Shown here one piece after another: positions 11,988-25,896 of a DNA stretch of 64,000 nt. Origin of the DNA: Octopus vulgaris (Eukaryota); the NCBI GenBank assembly GCA_951406725.2, contig OX597835.1, positions 1,736,001-1,800,000 of the forward strand, given 5' to 3'. How positions within the stretch are numbered: position 1 is the first letter of the stretch; every line of letters begins with the position of its first letter. Below the pieces are notes generated by a model. It saw only the letters and a program-made list of their open reading frames with translations, did no database searches and was not told the origin of the DNA. A program made the position numbers and the translations under genes.

Positions 11988-12469
11988 CCTCTCTTTTATA
12001 TCAGTGTAGTATAGTTCTGGGATTTAAAATAGCTAAACAAAATTACATTAATGAATCTAAATTTAGATTCTTTAGTAGCTAGAATTTAGTCGGTCGTTGA
12101 CATCTTCCACTTCCATGGTGCAATTTGTCCATTAGGCTTTTGTGCCTGTTCTTAGTTTTTCTCTTTCACACTGCAGACTGTTGTATTACACCTGACTTAA
12201 TTGAGCCCAACAAAAGTATACTTTGTGTGTGAGTGTAAGTGTGTGTGTGAGTGTGAGTGTGAGTGTGTGTGCTTGCTCTCACTCATGAGGCTGGGTGGGG
12301 GGTTGGCACTGTTTGCTAGCCGGGCTCTTTAGTTGCTCAGTTTCATTATACTTGACCTAACACATAAAGATACCACAGCAAAGTAAACACCTCCTGTTTT
12401 CTCCTAAAGAATGTTGTGGTTGTGGTGGTGGTGGTGGTGGTAGCGGCGGCAGTAGCAGCGGCGGCGGTT

Positions 12470-12962
12470 TATCCATCAGATCGGCCCTTGTCAAGTCAAA
12501 CTATAATTAAAGACATTCTCTGACTGTGACTATTGGTTCTTTTTCCTTCCTTGTATACAAGGAACCCAGGACTACCATTTCCTCATCCTTCTTGAAGCTG
12601 GTTCAGTGCTATTTAAGGGAGATTTAGTTGCTGTTTCTACCAGGTCTAGTGACCATATAAAGGTTCCTTCAGTTTAGCTGAAAAAGGGTGTTTTATCCAT
12701 GGACAGGCCTAAAACTGGCACCACACCCTGATCAAACACCCTGATCAGCCAACCCAGCAGAGGAACCTCTATGTGATTGCTCAAACTTCTAAAAATAACA
12801 GCCATATATGCCTCAAACTACAGTCTACTATTTTAAAAAAGTAGGGAACATATTGAATGATATAGTCCTAGATGTGCAACGGATTATAGAAGGGTGGTTT
12901 AATCACAACTGGAACACATTCATTCTGTTTTGTCAGGATTGACTTGGAGATAAATAACAACA
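12470..12962. mobile_element. Two old copies of one interspersed repeat in inverted orientation
   Basis: GGGAGATTTAGTTGCTGTTTCTACCAGGTC...GGTTCC (12617-12666) mirrors GGAACCTCTATGTG...CTAAAAATAACAGCCA (12762-12804). Related pieces at ~16575-16635 and ~46180-46240. Confidence 0.5.
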
Positions 12963-13745
12963 GGAGCAATTTGGAATTGCTATTATTGCTTGTAGAGTTG
13001 AATTATATCAGTATATGGTACCTAATTGCGGCTAGATGGACTGGGCTATGTAGAGTTAAGCTTTTTGGCCATGGAGATAATGTCATTGAAATCTTGAAGG
13101 TATAAGATATCACATAATTAATTCAAAACAATATAAACAGATAAACATCACATTTGACTGGATAATCCGAATGTAATGGGTTAATTGGCTTTTTATTGTC
13201 GCAAGAGCATATGATACCAATGTTTTCCAGGTACCATTTGAGCAGCAGAGATGGTTGTTACTCTGCTATTGTTTATTGTTTATTGATTGCACTTGCACTC
13301 CTCTTTGAATGGCCAGCCACTCTGTTGGGTCTACTCACTGCCCCCCCCCCCCCACACACACACATTCCTCCTCCTCCAGCAGCCTCTCGTAACACCATTC
13401 CTTGCTTCTTTCTGCTGGAATTCAAAAGTATTGATTAACAGAATTAAATTTCAATTATTAGTGATTAATTTCAAAATTTGTCGAAAATTTAATTCTGATT
13501 TTTTTCTTTCCAGTTTAATTGATTTAAGAAATTTAATTGATTAAACTGGGAAAAGGTTTAAGCATGTTTATTTTCATTCTGTAATTTAATTAAATATGAC
13601 CCAGAAATATTAATTTTTCTTAGTATCCCTAACCAACTTTGTAACTGTCTCCTTCAAATACTGTATTTAGCAAATTCCAAATTGTATTCTAATGGCTTCA
13701 GCAAAACCCAGCGACACCAGTTTTTATAAAGTGTGTGTGTGTGCA

Positions 13746-13778
<33 letters not shown>

Positions 13779-14269
13779 ATGTGTGTGGAGAGAGAGAGAA
13801 AGAAGGTATATGTGTGTGTGAGAGAGACAGGTATCTGTGTGTGTGTTTGTGAAAGAGGGTATCTGTATATGTGAAAGAGAGTGGGTATTTGTGTACGACA
13901 GGGGTATGTGTGTGTGAGAGAGAGAAGGTTTGTGTGTGTCTGTGTGTGAAAGAGTGAGGGGGTATTTGTGTGTGTGTGTGAGAGAGAGAGAGAAAGCCGT
14001 ATATGTGAACATATAGTCATAGAAAATACACATGGAAATTTGGAGAAAAACCAGAATACTTTAAGAAAATAATTGAAACAAATGTGAAGTATTTCTAAGA
14101 CTTTTATAGGGTTGCCATACCAACACATCTTATAAATTTGTAAATATTTTAACTGGTTCATTTCACATTATTAGTATTGCAAAGATTATAGAATCTCTTA
14201 TACCTAGACTGAAAAAAAAAACTTTTCTTTTCTTGGTAGATGTGTTTATTCTTTTTCTTTTTCTTTCAG

Positions 14270-15213
14270 ATGAAACAGAGCGGAAAGCTAGAATGGCCAA
14301 AGTTTTGGAAAATCGACAGAAACGCCAGTCAACTGGCAAAAGTAGAGAAGAAGTGACGTCATCTGATCAGGAAGCTTGTTCTGATTGGTCAGATTTAATG
14401 AGCAATACACCAATGAGTAACTTCAGTGACAACTCTCCAACCCCTACTACAGCTTCTAATGAACCAGTCCCCATCAAAGTGGATTTGGCTTCTCTACCAA
14501 AAGAGAGAGAACTGTACCGTAAACTGACCGAGAATGAAACAGTTTTCATCAAGGAGTTAACGATGCTGTACGAATCAACCTTAGCATCTCAAGTAGATTC
14601 TTATCACAGTGAGAAGAGCAACTATTCAAGCATCAACCAACTGGTGAACAATTCGGAAATTGCTGTAAGGCGTTTGATTAAATTTGTCAAGCGTCTCGAT
14701 GACTTTATGCGTTTGAGTCAAGAGGATCAAATAGCTACACTGAAGGCTTGTGTTCTCAGTACAATTCTCTTGCGGTCGGTGGCATTCTACTCATATGAAA
14801 AAGATGCATGGATCACGACCAAAGGTGAGGTACCGACAAAGATTCTAAAAGAGGTGACCGGCTACTTCAATCTTCATGACTCTCACACTCGTTATTGTCG
14901 CAGCTTAAAGTATGTTGTACAAGACAACCATGAAGTGATGACGCTGCTACAGCTAATCATAATCTTCAATCCTGAGGGACCGAACCTCAGCAGTCGGACT
15001 TTGATCTCTGATATTCAGGACCATTACATCACGTTATTAAAACATTACCTGGAGTCAGAGTTTTCTTTCAGCTATGCCAAAGAGATATTACCATTCCTTC
15101 TACAGAAACTCGCTGACTTGAAAGATCTCAGTGAAGAACACTCAAAAATTCTTTTACAAGTTAATCCGACACAGATTGAGCCATTAATGCTTGAGGTGTT
15201 AAATCTGAAATGA
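14270..15213 (+). CDS. NR1J nuclear receptor terminal coding exon: hinge and entire ligand-binding domain
   Basis: Strong polypyrimidine acceptor ...TTTCAG, phase 1 (G+AT=Asp). LBD signature LIKFVKRLDDFMRLSQEDQIATLK; helix 9-10 LIIIFNPEGPNL...IQDHYITLLKHYL; AF-2 PLMLEVL; TGA at 15211 followed by TAG. Confidence 0.96.
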
Positions 15214-17567
15214 TAGCCACTGGTCAATTTCTTATTTGGCCTTAATTTACTTAAAAAGAAACAAAAAATCAATAAGTTTCATAGTATTGATTGCAATTAA
15301 CTATGAAGTTGGACTGTGATCTGATAACTCATCTATATATATATATGTATATATATATATATACACACACATACATATATATATATATATGTATGTATAT
15401 ACATATATACACACCACACATACACACACACACACATACTCAAAGATATATATATATACATACACATGCACATATGCATATAAATAAACATACTGACACT
15501 CACACATGTATAAGATATATATGATATATATATATATATATATATAAAGTGCACATACATATACATGCTCTTATGTACATACAAACATACACAGAAACAT
15601 ATATATTTTTAAAAATGGAAAGTTTATTAAAGTTTTTTTTGAAATGCTCAAATGTTTTTTTTTGTGTACATATATATATAGATATATATATATATATATA
15701 TACATATACACACATTTATACACATACATACATTCTTATATATAGATATATAAGTTTGAAATTAATATTTTTCTTTAGAATAATAGTCAACTCTCTCAGC
15801 AAAATTGAAAAAGTCAACAACTTGTATTAAATGAAATCAAATGAGATTTGAAACGAAAATATTGTATGAGAAAGTTAAATCAAATTGTTGCAATATTAGT
15901 GTCCTTGATATCTCACCCATAGGATATCCTATATTTCATTTGGGTTATTGGAAGGCATGGGGGACAAGTTGAATGTTTTTGTCTTGATTCAGGGAAAGTC
16001 TGCTTGGCCAAGGGCGTCCCCTTAGCTAAGCCCAATGAAAGAGTAACCCCCAATTATGAGTTGATTTTTCTCACTCGTACAGTGGCACACGTCCTTCCTT
16101 CTGACTTACAGCAATTAACCTTTTACACCTCTGCATGAGACTTACTCTGAGTGTCATCATTGTTGAGTACTCCTTCTCAGCTCTGTGTGGAAAGACGTAT
16201 GTTGTGGATCCGATCAGTATTTCTAAATGTGATGACACTCATATTCTTATTGTGAAGGACAATGTCTTCTAGACTAAAACAATGTTGTCCCCATTTTGAA
16301 GAGGATAAAGAGTTCATTGGGGGTGGGCATGGCATTAAATGAAATCCAATGCTACATTGACCAGCTCGAATGATTATGAGGATGAGAGTTGCCCCTTGTT
16401 TCAATATTTGTTCTAATCCTATATGGACTAAAACTTTGAGATTAAGGTGTCTTTGTGCAGAAAACACGTAATGCCAGAAGGAGTGGAACCGTGAACGTTG
16501 ACCACGACTGTTTCGAACATAGAAAATCTCAAACTACATCGGTTATTGCACTCTTCCTGTTTTATGGTGTAGGGTGTGATTTCAAGGGAGAGTTGTCTGT
16601 TATTTTGAGAGGGTCAAACAACTGTATAGGGGCTACATGTCAGCTTAACATTTCGATGGGTAGTTCAGTGCCCCCCGTTGACTTGTCAACTGCAACACTA
16701 TAGCTTGACTCTGTTAAATTCAGTTGACCAATCTTTGAAGAAGAAAGAGAAGTTAAAGAAATGCTGACACTCTGAACATCTAAAATAGACATAAAAATGT
16801 CAAAAACACAACAAGAGGGAAATAAATGAAAACAACTATCAGAATCTGAAATGAAGCATATAAAAAGTAGAAATAATTTAAATGATACTGAAATATAATT
16901 TAAATACTATTAGCAATATGCTAATGTTTATTACTAAACAAATATTATGAATATTAAGTGAATATTTGTATTATATATGTGGTTATTTTTTGTTTTGTTT
17001 TTATTTTCATTTTTATCAACTTATAACTTTTTTTTTTTTTTTTTCTGTCTTGTTTTGGATATGAAATATTCTCTATTTTTGTCTTTCAATTTCAAAAACA
17101 GTGTTTTCTTCTGATATAGTTCACTCTACAAAAAAAAAGCAATGTCTACCACCTTTTGGCTTCGATAATTTTGTGATAGTTTGAAGCTAGTTGAAATAAT
17201 GTGTTCTATAATAATTATATAATTAATTATTCAAGTAATAAAATTGTGTGTGTGGTGTGTGTGTGTAAGAGAGAGAATGAGTGTATGTATAAATTTATAT
17301 GTGTGTGTATATACATATATAATCTATATGTATAGGTTGTGCATGTTTCTCTGTGTGAGCACGTGTATGTATGTGTGTGATTACCATCATCATCATAAGC
17401 ATATACATGTATGCATTCATACATATACACACATACATAATGCACACACACACACACACATGTATATGCATTCATACATATACACACATACATAATGCAC
17501 ACACACACACATGTATATGCATACATACACGTAAGCATATATAAAAACATAAATAGGTCTCTCTCTT

Positions 17568-17611
<44 letters not shown>

Positions 17612-17616
<5 letters not shown>

Positions 17617-17729
17617 TGATCACGTGATCGACCAGACCATCAGATGTTGTTACACATCGCTGGTCACAATGCGTTCGCATTGTTTTAGTCTTCGAATGAT
17701 GCCTCCCCGCTGGCTAAGCGAGCAGGCCA
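17612..17729 (-). mobile_element. Interspersed-repeat (probable SINE tail) fragment between TA tracts
   Basis: Reverse complement (GCCAGCGGGGAGGCATCATTCGAAGACTAAAACAATG) resembles 38280-38325. Confidence 0.45.
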
Positions 17730-17733
17730 TATA

Positions 17734-17775
<42 letters not shown>

Positions 17776-17924
17776 AAATGAGAATATATGTGAGTATGCA
17801 TATGAATGTGTCAGAGATTTGATTTTCGAAATCTGCATCCCAGTGACAGAGTATTCAGTCATCAGGAATCAAAAACTATAATTTGCTATGAGAAATAACA
17901 ACATTTTTCTTACCAAAATCTCCT

Positions 17925-17980
<56 letters not shown>

Positions 17981-18039
17981 CATTAGGTTCTTCTCTTTTA
18001 TGCCTTTCCCTCTTTCTATATATTTGCCACACTCTTCAT

Positions 18040-18077
<38 letters not shown>

Positions 18078-18337
18078 CATGCTGCTGTCCCCCTCTCTCT
18101 TGATGTTACATGTAAGCGCTTGCATTTTGTTTTAAAACTTCTTGACTGTAATGCGTACTTTCACTTGATAATAACCATCATGCAGAAAATGCCAGCTTCC
18201 AAATTGTGTTTTCTGTTTGGGTAACATTTATTAAAAATTTTGCTGGATTAAATGAATCTCAAAGTCAAATTCAGCATGAAAAGTACTTGAATATAACAAA
18301 TTTGAAAATCTTTTCCTGAGAGCAATAGAAAAGATCT

Positions 18338-18405
<68 letters not shown>

Positions 18406-18914
18406 GTCTGTCTCTCTCTCTCTCTCCCTCAATCTGTATCTCGCTCACATTGAGTGTGTATTTGTATAAGGGATTTCATTAGTTGTGACAGAGTGAAAAG
18501 AGCCTTGCAAAGCAGCCGCAGTGAGCTGAGAAAAATCTTTACATGGAAAAAACTTAGTTTATTGATACATTATAAATCCCCCCCCAAATAATGCAGAAAT
18601 CTGTCCTGATTAAGAGGCCTCTCCATTGGAGAAGACATGGTCTGGCATGGAACGAAAAAAAAAATTGAAATAAATAATAATTCTATTATGGAAATTAACT
18701 GGCAACAGGTCATTTTAAATGAGCTAGAGAGATTCGGGTATACACTTGTGATTGTTATATTAAAATTGATTCAGTGATGAAGTCAAATTTTTAGTGGTAT
18801 TGAAGCTTTTCCCACTAACTCTTCTGGAGCATTTAGTGAGGCGAGAGCCCCAAACACCTCAGCTGTATGACGAACCTGACAGGGAAATCTTTGTTGACAA
18901 GGAAATTCATAGTT

Positions 18915-19247
18915 AAATAACAAGAGTAGAAATTAATATTATTAAATAATATCAATTTCAACTTGTGGTCAGCATACTTAAAAAATGTCCAAGGACTGTG
19001 AATTCTATTTAAGTATAAACAATATGAGAGATCACTATGTGGACTCCTTGTATACTAAAAATAGATGCCAAACTGTCTTACCACTAAATCTGTGTTCCCT
19101 GCTTAATAAGACACTAGATACCTAGCTCATAAACATCTAGCGTCTTACTAAGTTGAGAACACAGATTTAATGGCAAGACGGTTTGATGTCTATTTTTAGC
19201 ATAGAGGGGATCCACATAGTGATCTCTCATATTATTTATATTTAAAT
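18915..19247 (+). repeat. Fold-back element: ~113-bp imperfect arms (19007-19119 / 19135-19247) plus a one-sided flank
   Basis: AATATGAGAGATCACTATGTGGA...CTAGAT / ATCTAG...TCCACATAGTGATCTCTCATATT; homologous to 40389-40835. Confidence 0.9.
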
Positions 19248-22200
19248 TCCTAGTTAACCATTCATTTAATAAGTGAAACTCTCATCTCTTGAGTCACTCC
19301 ATTGCTTTGGCTAAATATTAATAAAATCATACAAATACTCATATTTTGGGTTCTATTTTTCCTGTTTGCTTCACCACTCTTGTAGTTAACCATTCATTAA
19401 TCATTGGTGGGATTATTGCTTTTAACCCTTCAGAAATTCTTACTCCCATGTGATGTAAGAACCCGACCTTGGTGATGCTGTTTGAAGCTTTTCATGTGAG
19501 AGAGATGTTATAGCACCACATTTCATCAAGATAGACTTCATATCAGCACAAAACAACATAGACAAATATTCTTGATGAAGTTCTGAGGTTCTTTATTATT
19601 AACCCTTCAACATTCAAATTATTCTGTCACCTGTTATTCACATTGCTTTGAATTAGTCATGCTTTATCTCATGGCTTCAAGATTTTGATGATGTGGTTGT
19701 ATGTTATTAAAATGATATTGCAGGATAGGTGTAAGAGGCCAGATCTGGCTGGTTTGAACAGGAAACAGGCAGGATATTTTGGCCGGTTTGACCAATTTAA
19801 ATGCTAAACGGTTAAACATTACGAACTGTATGAGGGTATGTTTGTCCTAGACTACTCCCAGTTCAGGGTTCAAAGCAAGGGGCAGGATTACTTGAAGGTG
19901 AAACTTCCACTGTTTACCCACAAGGAAGTCTGGCCTTCTCGCTCACCTGAACTGAATCCAACCATTTAGGTCAGTGCACATCATTGAATATAGGTCAGTG
20001 CAACAGTTTACGCAGTCACTACACTGAAGATTTCTATAAGGAAGGTATTCAGATTTAATTACATAAGTGGGGCATGGGGCTGGGGGGGGGGGGCTGATTC
20101 AGATTTCTTCATCCCTATTCATTCAATTATACTAATTGATGTTGAACATATTGGATGATATCTGTCTTCATGTTGCATATGTGTGTGTGAGTGTGTGTGA
20201 GTGCATCATTTTATATCCATTTCCCTGCATAGACTGGATAATTCTTCTCCAGCACAAGATCTTGCCATTTGTTGTGGGTCCTTTTCATCTCCTTAATGAG
20301 ATTTAACTTCCTGAGACCAATTTCCACTTCTTCCCATGTCTTCCTCAATTTCAATCTGCTGCAGATTCCTTCCATCTAAATTATAGAAAATCCTTTTTGC
20401 CCTAGCATCATCCTTTATGGGCATCACGTATCCTTACGACTAAAGTTTTCTCTCTTGTACACTACAACTGATTCATCTTACACACATTTTCTGAAAGTTT
20501 CTGTGTCCCCTGTTCTTAGTGTAGCTGCAATGCTTTCAAAACTCCCTTCTCCATTGCTAATTAGGTCACCTGCTTAGGTTATTAATACCTTCCAAGGTAC
20601 TCTCTTCCCATTTGATTGAACATATTTCAGCAACAACTTGCCATGTACAGTCATTCATCTTTGTCAGCCTCTGATCCCACCTCATCTCTTATACCCTCAC
20701 AGGTTTATATTGTGGTACACTGTACGGGGTTCCTACCTGTTCCTTTCTTGCATATCAAGCTTGACCATATCCCAGGCACCATTAAGGTCTGGTTTTCTTT
20801 CTTGTGGAGTAATACTTTTGGGTTCGCTATGTTTATTTTGAGGATATGTTTAAAGTTTTTTCATTCCAATTCAAATCATTAAAATATTCAACTATGATAA
20901 CTCGATCGTTGGTAATTACACGTTCCCGTACAAAGCAGGTCTTAAACACCTCTTTTATGAAATAGGAATCTGTAATAATTAAGTCCGGACAGACAGCTAC
21001 ATGCATGTTAAATTTTAATTGAACTCCTTGCTAAATCATTTTGTTGACAGTATCTCTATACATGGCTTGCATAGCTCCCACACTATAGATATCTATATAC
21101 CAGAGTAAGCACATAAATGTGAAACAAGGTGGAAAAAATAGTACTTGAATACCAGAGGTAGAGTAATGTGTTTTACCAATAAAGCGGCAAAAAACTGTCC
21201 GATGAACAGGAACATGACACTCATGAGTAACAGTTTTCATGATGCCTTTGCAGCTTTATTAATAAAGCATATATATATATAAATATATACACACACACAC
21301 ATATATGTATATAAAATTAAAGAAGTTGAATGAACAATTGCAGTTTAATCAATGCTACATATGTTTTAATAGCAGGGCATTTTATTCATAAATTGTGCTT
21401 TACACACACACACATATACGTGTGTGTATTCATAAACACACACATACTGGTATATATATGTATGTATATAAGCAGTGATGAATTAGCTGAGTTGTTCGTA
21501 TGTCAGACAGAATGACATGCAGCACTTTTCCAGCTCTCTGCTGGGTTTCAATGTGAGTGAGGTCAGTAAATAAAGTACCAGTCTGTAAATCGAGTTCTGG
21601 TCTAGAGCTAAATTGTTAAAGCTTTTGAGACAATATCCTCACAGTATCTGGTTTGCATTTTTGCTTTTCTTAATTGAAATTGCCAGCTAGTAATACTTGT
21701 TGCTCTCTTCACAAACTCACTGTAGGATGATGTGATGGTGTACAAGAAGAGACAGTGGAATCAAACAAACTCCTATTGTCTCAACACTGTTATACCATAG
21801 TTACCATGGTTACAGGGGTTTTGAAGAATTACAACTGTGGGGATTGATATTTTGAATCTTTGCCCGTTTTCTTATCAAACTCACAAGTGGAATGGTCTCA
21901 GGTTTTCAGAAACACACCTGACAGTAAACGAATTATTAAACTGGAGGACACCACCTACTTGGGAGTGAGTTGCTGTCTTGCAGACTTCCACATGTTTTCT
22001 GTTATTTTGTTCTATACCAGCTGTATTTAATGTGGCTTCTACAATTGGGTGGGTGGGTGGGGGATCTTAGTTTTCCTCATTTTATTTCTTTCTTCTTATT
22101 CCATTTTTTACATCAACCTTCTTCACATTTTTTCACATCTTTTCCTATTTGTCACTGGCCAGCATCCCTGTTTTTCAAATATATATATAAAGATGCATAA

Positions 22201-22310
22201 ACAGGGCCTGAAAGATTGCTTGGAGATATGAGGTTTATTTTATAAAGATGCCTAGTTAAAGTATCATAAAGGCATGAAACTATTAGAAGCTCTTTTGGTA
22301 TGTGTATAAA

Positions 22311-22355
<45 letters not shown>

Positions 22356-22527
22356 TATAAACACATACACACATAAATATACATTTATATGTATGTTTGT
22401 ATACATACATATATTTAAATGTGTATATATATATGTGATGTGTATGTCTATATATATGTATAATGTGTGTGTGTGTATATATATACATACATGTGCACAC
22501 ACACAAACATGTATATACATATGAATA

Positions 22528-22569
<42 letters not shown>

Positions 22570-23246
22570 TACACACACCTGTTTATACATATGACTATTC
22601 ACATTATATGAGTGTGTGTATATATGTACATGAATATGTGTGTGTGTGTTTTCACACATGTATATAAATATAAACACATGCGTGTGTATGCATGTCAATG
22701 TATATGGAAGCAAACACTGATAATTAAAAAAAAAGGGAGAAAAGCCCACAAAAAAAATACTGAAGCCAATGCCATTCCATATCCTGAAGATAGGACTGAG
22801 ACAGACTAGAAACATTAAAAATGGATCTGGATATTTTATAGCTGCAAACAAATTGTATAGGTTTGATATATGCAGATAAGAAAAACAAGGAGCAAATTAT
22901 AACAGAATGTGCACATATAATGTCATGAAGCAAGTTAGATATGTTAAGGGGGGGGAAAAATACTCAAGATAAGGAATTACAGAGTTAAAACATGACTGAG
23001 TGTTTATTTTCTAAATCTTGCTGAACTGTTGAGTTACAGAGTGTCAAAATATGAGGAATTAATTGATTATTAATTGTGATGTTCCTGGCTAACATTAAAT
23101 AACTGATGTGTCATACTTACACACACATACATACACGTGCATGCATGCACACACAGAGAGGTATATATATACACACATATATATATATATCATCATCATC
23201 ATCATTTAACGTCCGCTTTCCATATATATATATATATATATGTATG

Positions 23247-23295
<49 letters not shown>

Positions 23296-23524
23296 ATGCA
23301 TATGTGTGTGTGAAGGGGTAAAGATTTATATTTTATGTATTTGTATGTTTGCATGTGTATGTGTTTATGTGTGTGTGTAACATCATATGTGTGTATATGC
23401 ATATCCCCTCCATTTTCTTATTGCTCTATAAATTAATGGTAAAATATCTCTTTACCTTCACCCATTTAGTACACTTGGTAATGCAATTGCCATGCAATAA
23501 ACAAACACTTGTGTATTAATAATT

Positions 23525-23597
23525 GGGTATTCTACCATCAGTATATTGGATAGATATTATCCCTTAGTGGGTTGGATTCACAACCCCTAACTTTATT
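23525..23597 (-). repeat. Short interspersed repeat, second copy at 63480-63545 (+)
   Basis: AGGGGTTG...CAACCCAC...GGGATAATAT.TATCCAATATACTG shared between the two sites. Confidence 0.6.
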
Positions 23598-23604
23598 GGG
23601 GTTT

Positions 23605-23639
<35 letters not shown>

Positions 23640-23745
23640 TTCAAATATGAATTAGAAGTAGCTCAATATATATATCACATTGTTCTGAATCAGAGTCCTC
23701 GCATGTTGCATGTGAACGTAAATGTAAAGATATGCTGATAATGAC

Positions 23746-23798
<53 letters not shown>

Positions 23799-23943
23799 AG
23801 TAGTTGAATGAATTATCTTATTATGGATAATTCGGTTAACCGATACCTGGGTAGCAAATTCACGTCAGAAAAACACGGTTGAAGCTACATGCCTAGGGCA
23901 GAGATCACGTGCTTTCGTGTGGAAATTTGTGTGTTTTTTTAAA

Positions 23944-24147
23944 TACAAATAAATGAAAGAATGGAGTTGAACGACGAATTAACAAAATTCCTTTATTCTC
24001 GACATTCCTTGTTTTTTCCTGATGAGAAGGCGACATAATGCACCCCTTATTCCTTCGAAATTAGGAATATGCAGCCTTCGAAACATATGTCGAGAATAAA
24101 TGAATTCTGTTAAATCGTCGTTCAACTCCATTCTTTCATTTATTTGT

Positions 24148-24148
<1 letters not shown>
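23944..24148. repeat. Fold-back with ~62-bp arms (23944-24005 / 24087-24148), probable Penelope pseudo-LTR remnant
   Basis: TACAAATAAATGAAAGAATGGAGTTGAACGACG...TTATTCTCGACAT / ATGTCGAGAATAA...CGTCGTTCAACTCCATTCTTTCATTTATTTGTA. Confidence 0.9.
24012..24096 (+). ncRNA. Type I hammerhead ribozyme motif, intact core
   Basis: TTTTC-CTGATGA(24019-25)-GAAGGC...GCCTTC-GAAA(24080-83)-CATATG-TC^GAGAA. All conserved core bases present, 6-bp stem II, palindromic ACATATGT stem III, GUC triplet, 5-bp stem I. Confidence 0.8.
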
Positions 24149-24185
<37 letters not shown>

Positions 24186-24427
24186 TTGCTGTTATGTTAA
24201 ACTGTCATGTCCAAATTTGGCCAAATGTGGTTTTTTTTTTCAATATTTATTTTTACTTGCAATAGCCAGTTCTTTTGGTCAAACTATAATATCTCCAGCT
24301 GGTTCAGATTCCAAGTAATCAAAGATTGCCAAAGTGTAGTGCGACAGTTTTCCTATGGAATGGTGAATCTGTTTTTTCATTTTCTGGAAAAGTAATGTTT
24401 TGGACTTACAACACTTTTGCATAATGG

Positions 24428-24467
<40 letters not shown>

Positions 24468-25210
24468 CTTCAGCTGTATTAATTCAGAAATATATATATA
24501 TATATAGAGAGAGAGAGGGGGGGGGAATGATCAAGATAGAGACACTTACACAGAGACGTGCCTGCACATATGTATGTGTGTGTGTGTGTTTGTGTATGCA
24601 AACTGTTTTCATTAGTTTTTATACACATACAGGTAAGTGCATAAAACCTATTCTATGTGTATATATATACCTGCATACCAGAATCAGTTCCAGTAAGGAT
24701 CACTAGCGCCCATTTGGGTTACTTTCAACACAGATACCAACAGGCAACTATGGTTGGGACTTAATGATTTTAATAACTAAAATATAAATAAAGGTGTGTT
24801 TAAACACACCTGGGCAGGGAAAATGCCCTGTAATTGTTCATGGTCCATTGGTTGATCATTATTCTAGGAAACTTCTTCCCCAAGGAATTTGTTGTGAACA
24901 TTCTGTAATTTAGTAGGTGTTTCTTTTTTTTTTCCTGCTGTCTTCTTGCCTTGCTGCGCTCACCTCCAACCCCCCCCCCCCCCTTTTAGGTTCTTAAATT
25001 CAATCAGAAATCATAAACACAAGAAGACTGTGAAATGAAATAGCTCAGCCAGGAATTGAACCTACATTGCAGAGCAAGCTTGCCAGGATCTTGCCACCAC
25101 TCTATGGTGCTCACATTTATCTGTCTGTCTGCCTGTCACCCACCTCTTTCCTTATACACACACACATACACACACATATATCAGTATTCACAAATACATC
25201 TGTGTTTGGG

Positions 25211-25252
<42 letters not shown>

Positions 25253-25819
25253 TATATATGTATATGTATACATATGTATATATACGTCTGTGTGTGTATT
25301 TATATGAACATTTACACACGTGAACACGGTTGTATATATGTTTACATATATTTGTGGGCGGGTGTGGTTATATGGGTCACCCACTTAGATTCTGTTGAAG
25401 TGTCTTAACCATAGAAATAGCTGGTTCCCCAGGTATTCTATAGGGTCAGCCATTTGTGACATTACCTGTATACACGTGGGTGTGTTCAAACAGATTTTCC
25501 TGTATATGTGTGTACATATACATATGTGTGCGAGTGTATATATACACACACACACACATACATATATGAATATGTGTGTGTGTGTGTGTGAAAATATAGT
25601 ATGTGAAGACAATCAGAGATTGTAGCAGTTAAAAAGTGTAAATAATGATATGAAGAGTAAGGTTTAAGCAGACACTGAAGAACCTTCACTTTCCTCAAAG
25701 AACAAAATATTCTTTTGGTTTTTTTTTTTTTTTCGTTTTAGTTCATTTAAAATTGAAAATGTTTCCTTGAACCAACAAAGCCCTGAATTTTGATGAGAAC
25801 TTGTAAATTGAAAATGTAT

Positions 25820-25830
25820 ATAAATATATA

Positions 25831-25896
<66 letters not shown>

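Noticed and set aside
22775-22826. CTGAAGA-TAG...CTA-GAAA-CATTA hammerhead-like string
   Set aside because: Stem II is interrupted and stem I cannot form next to the core; could be chance.
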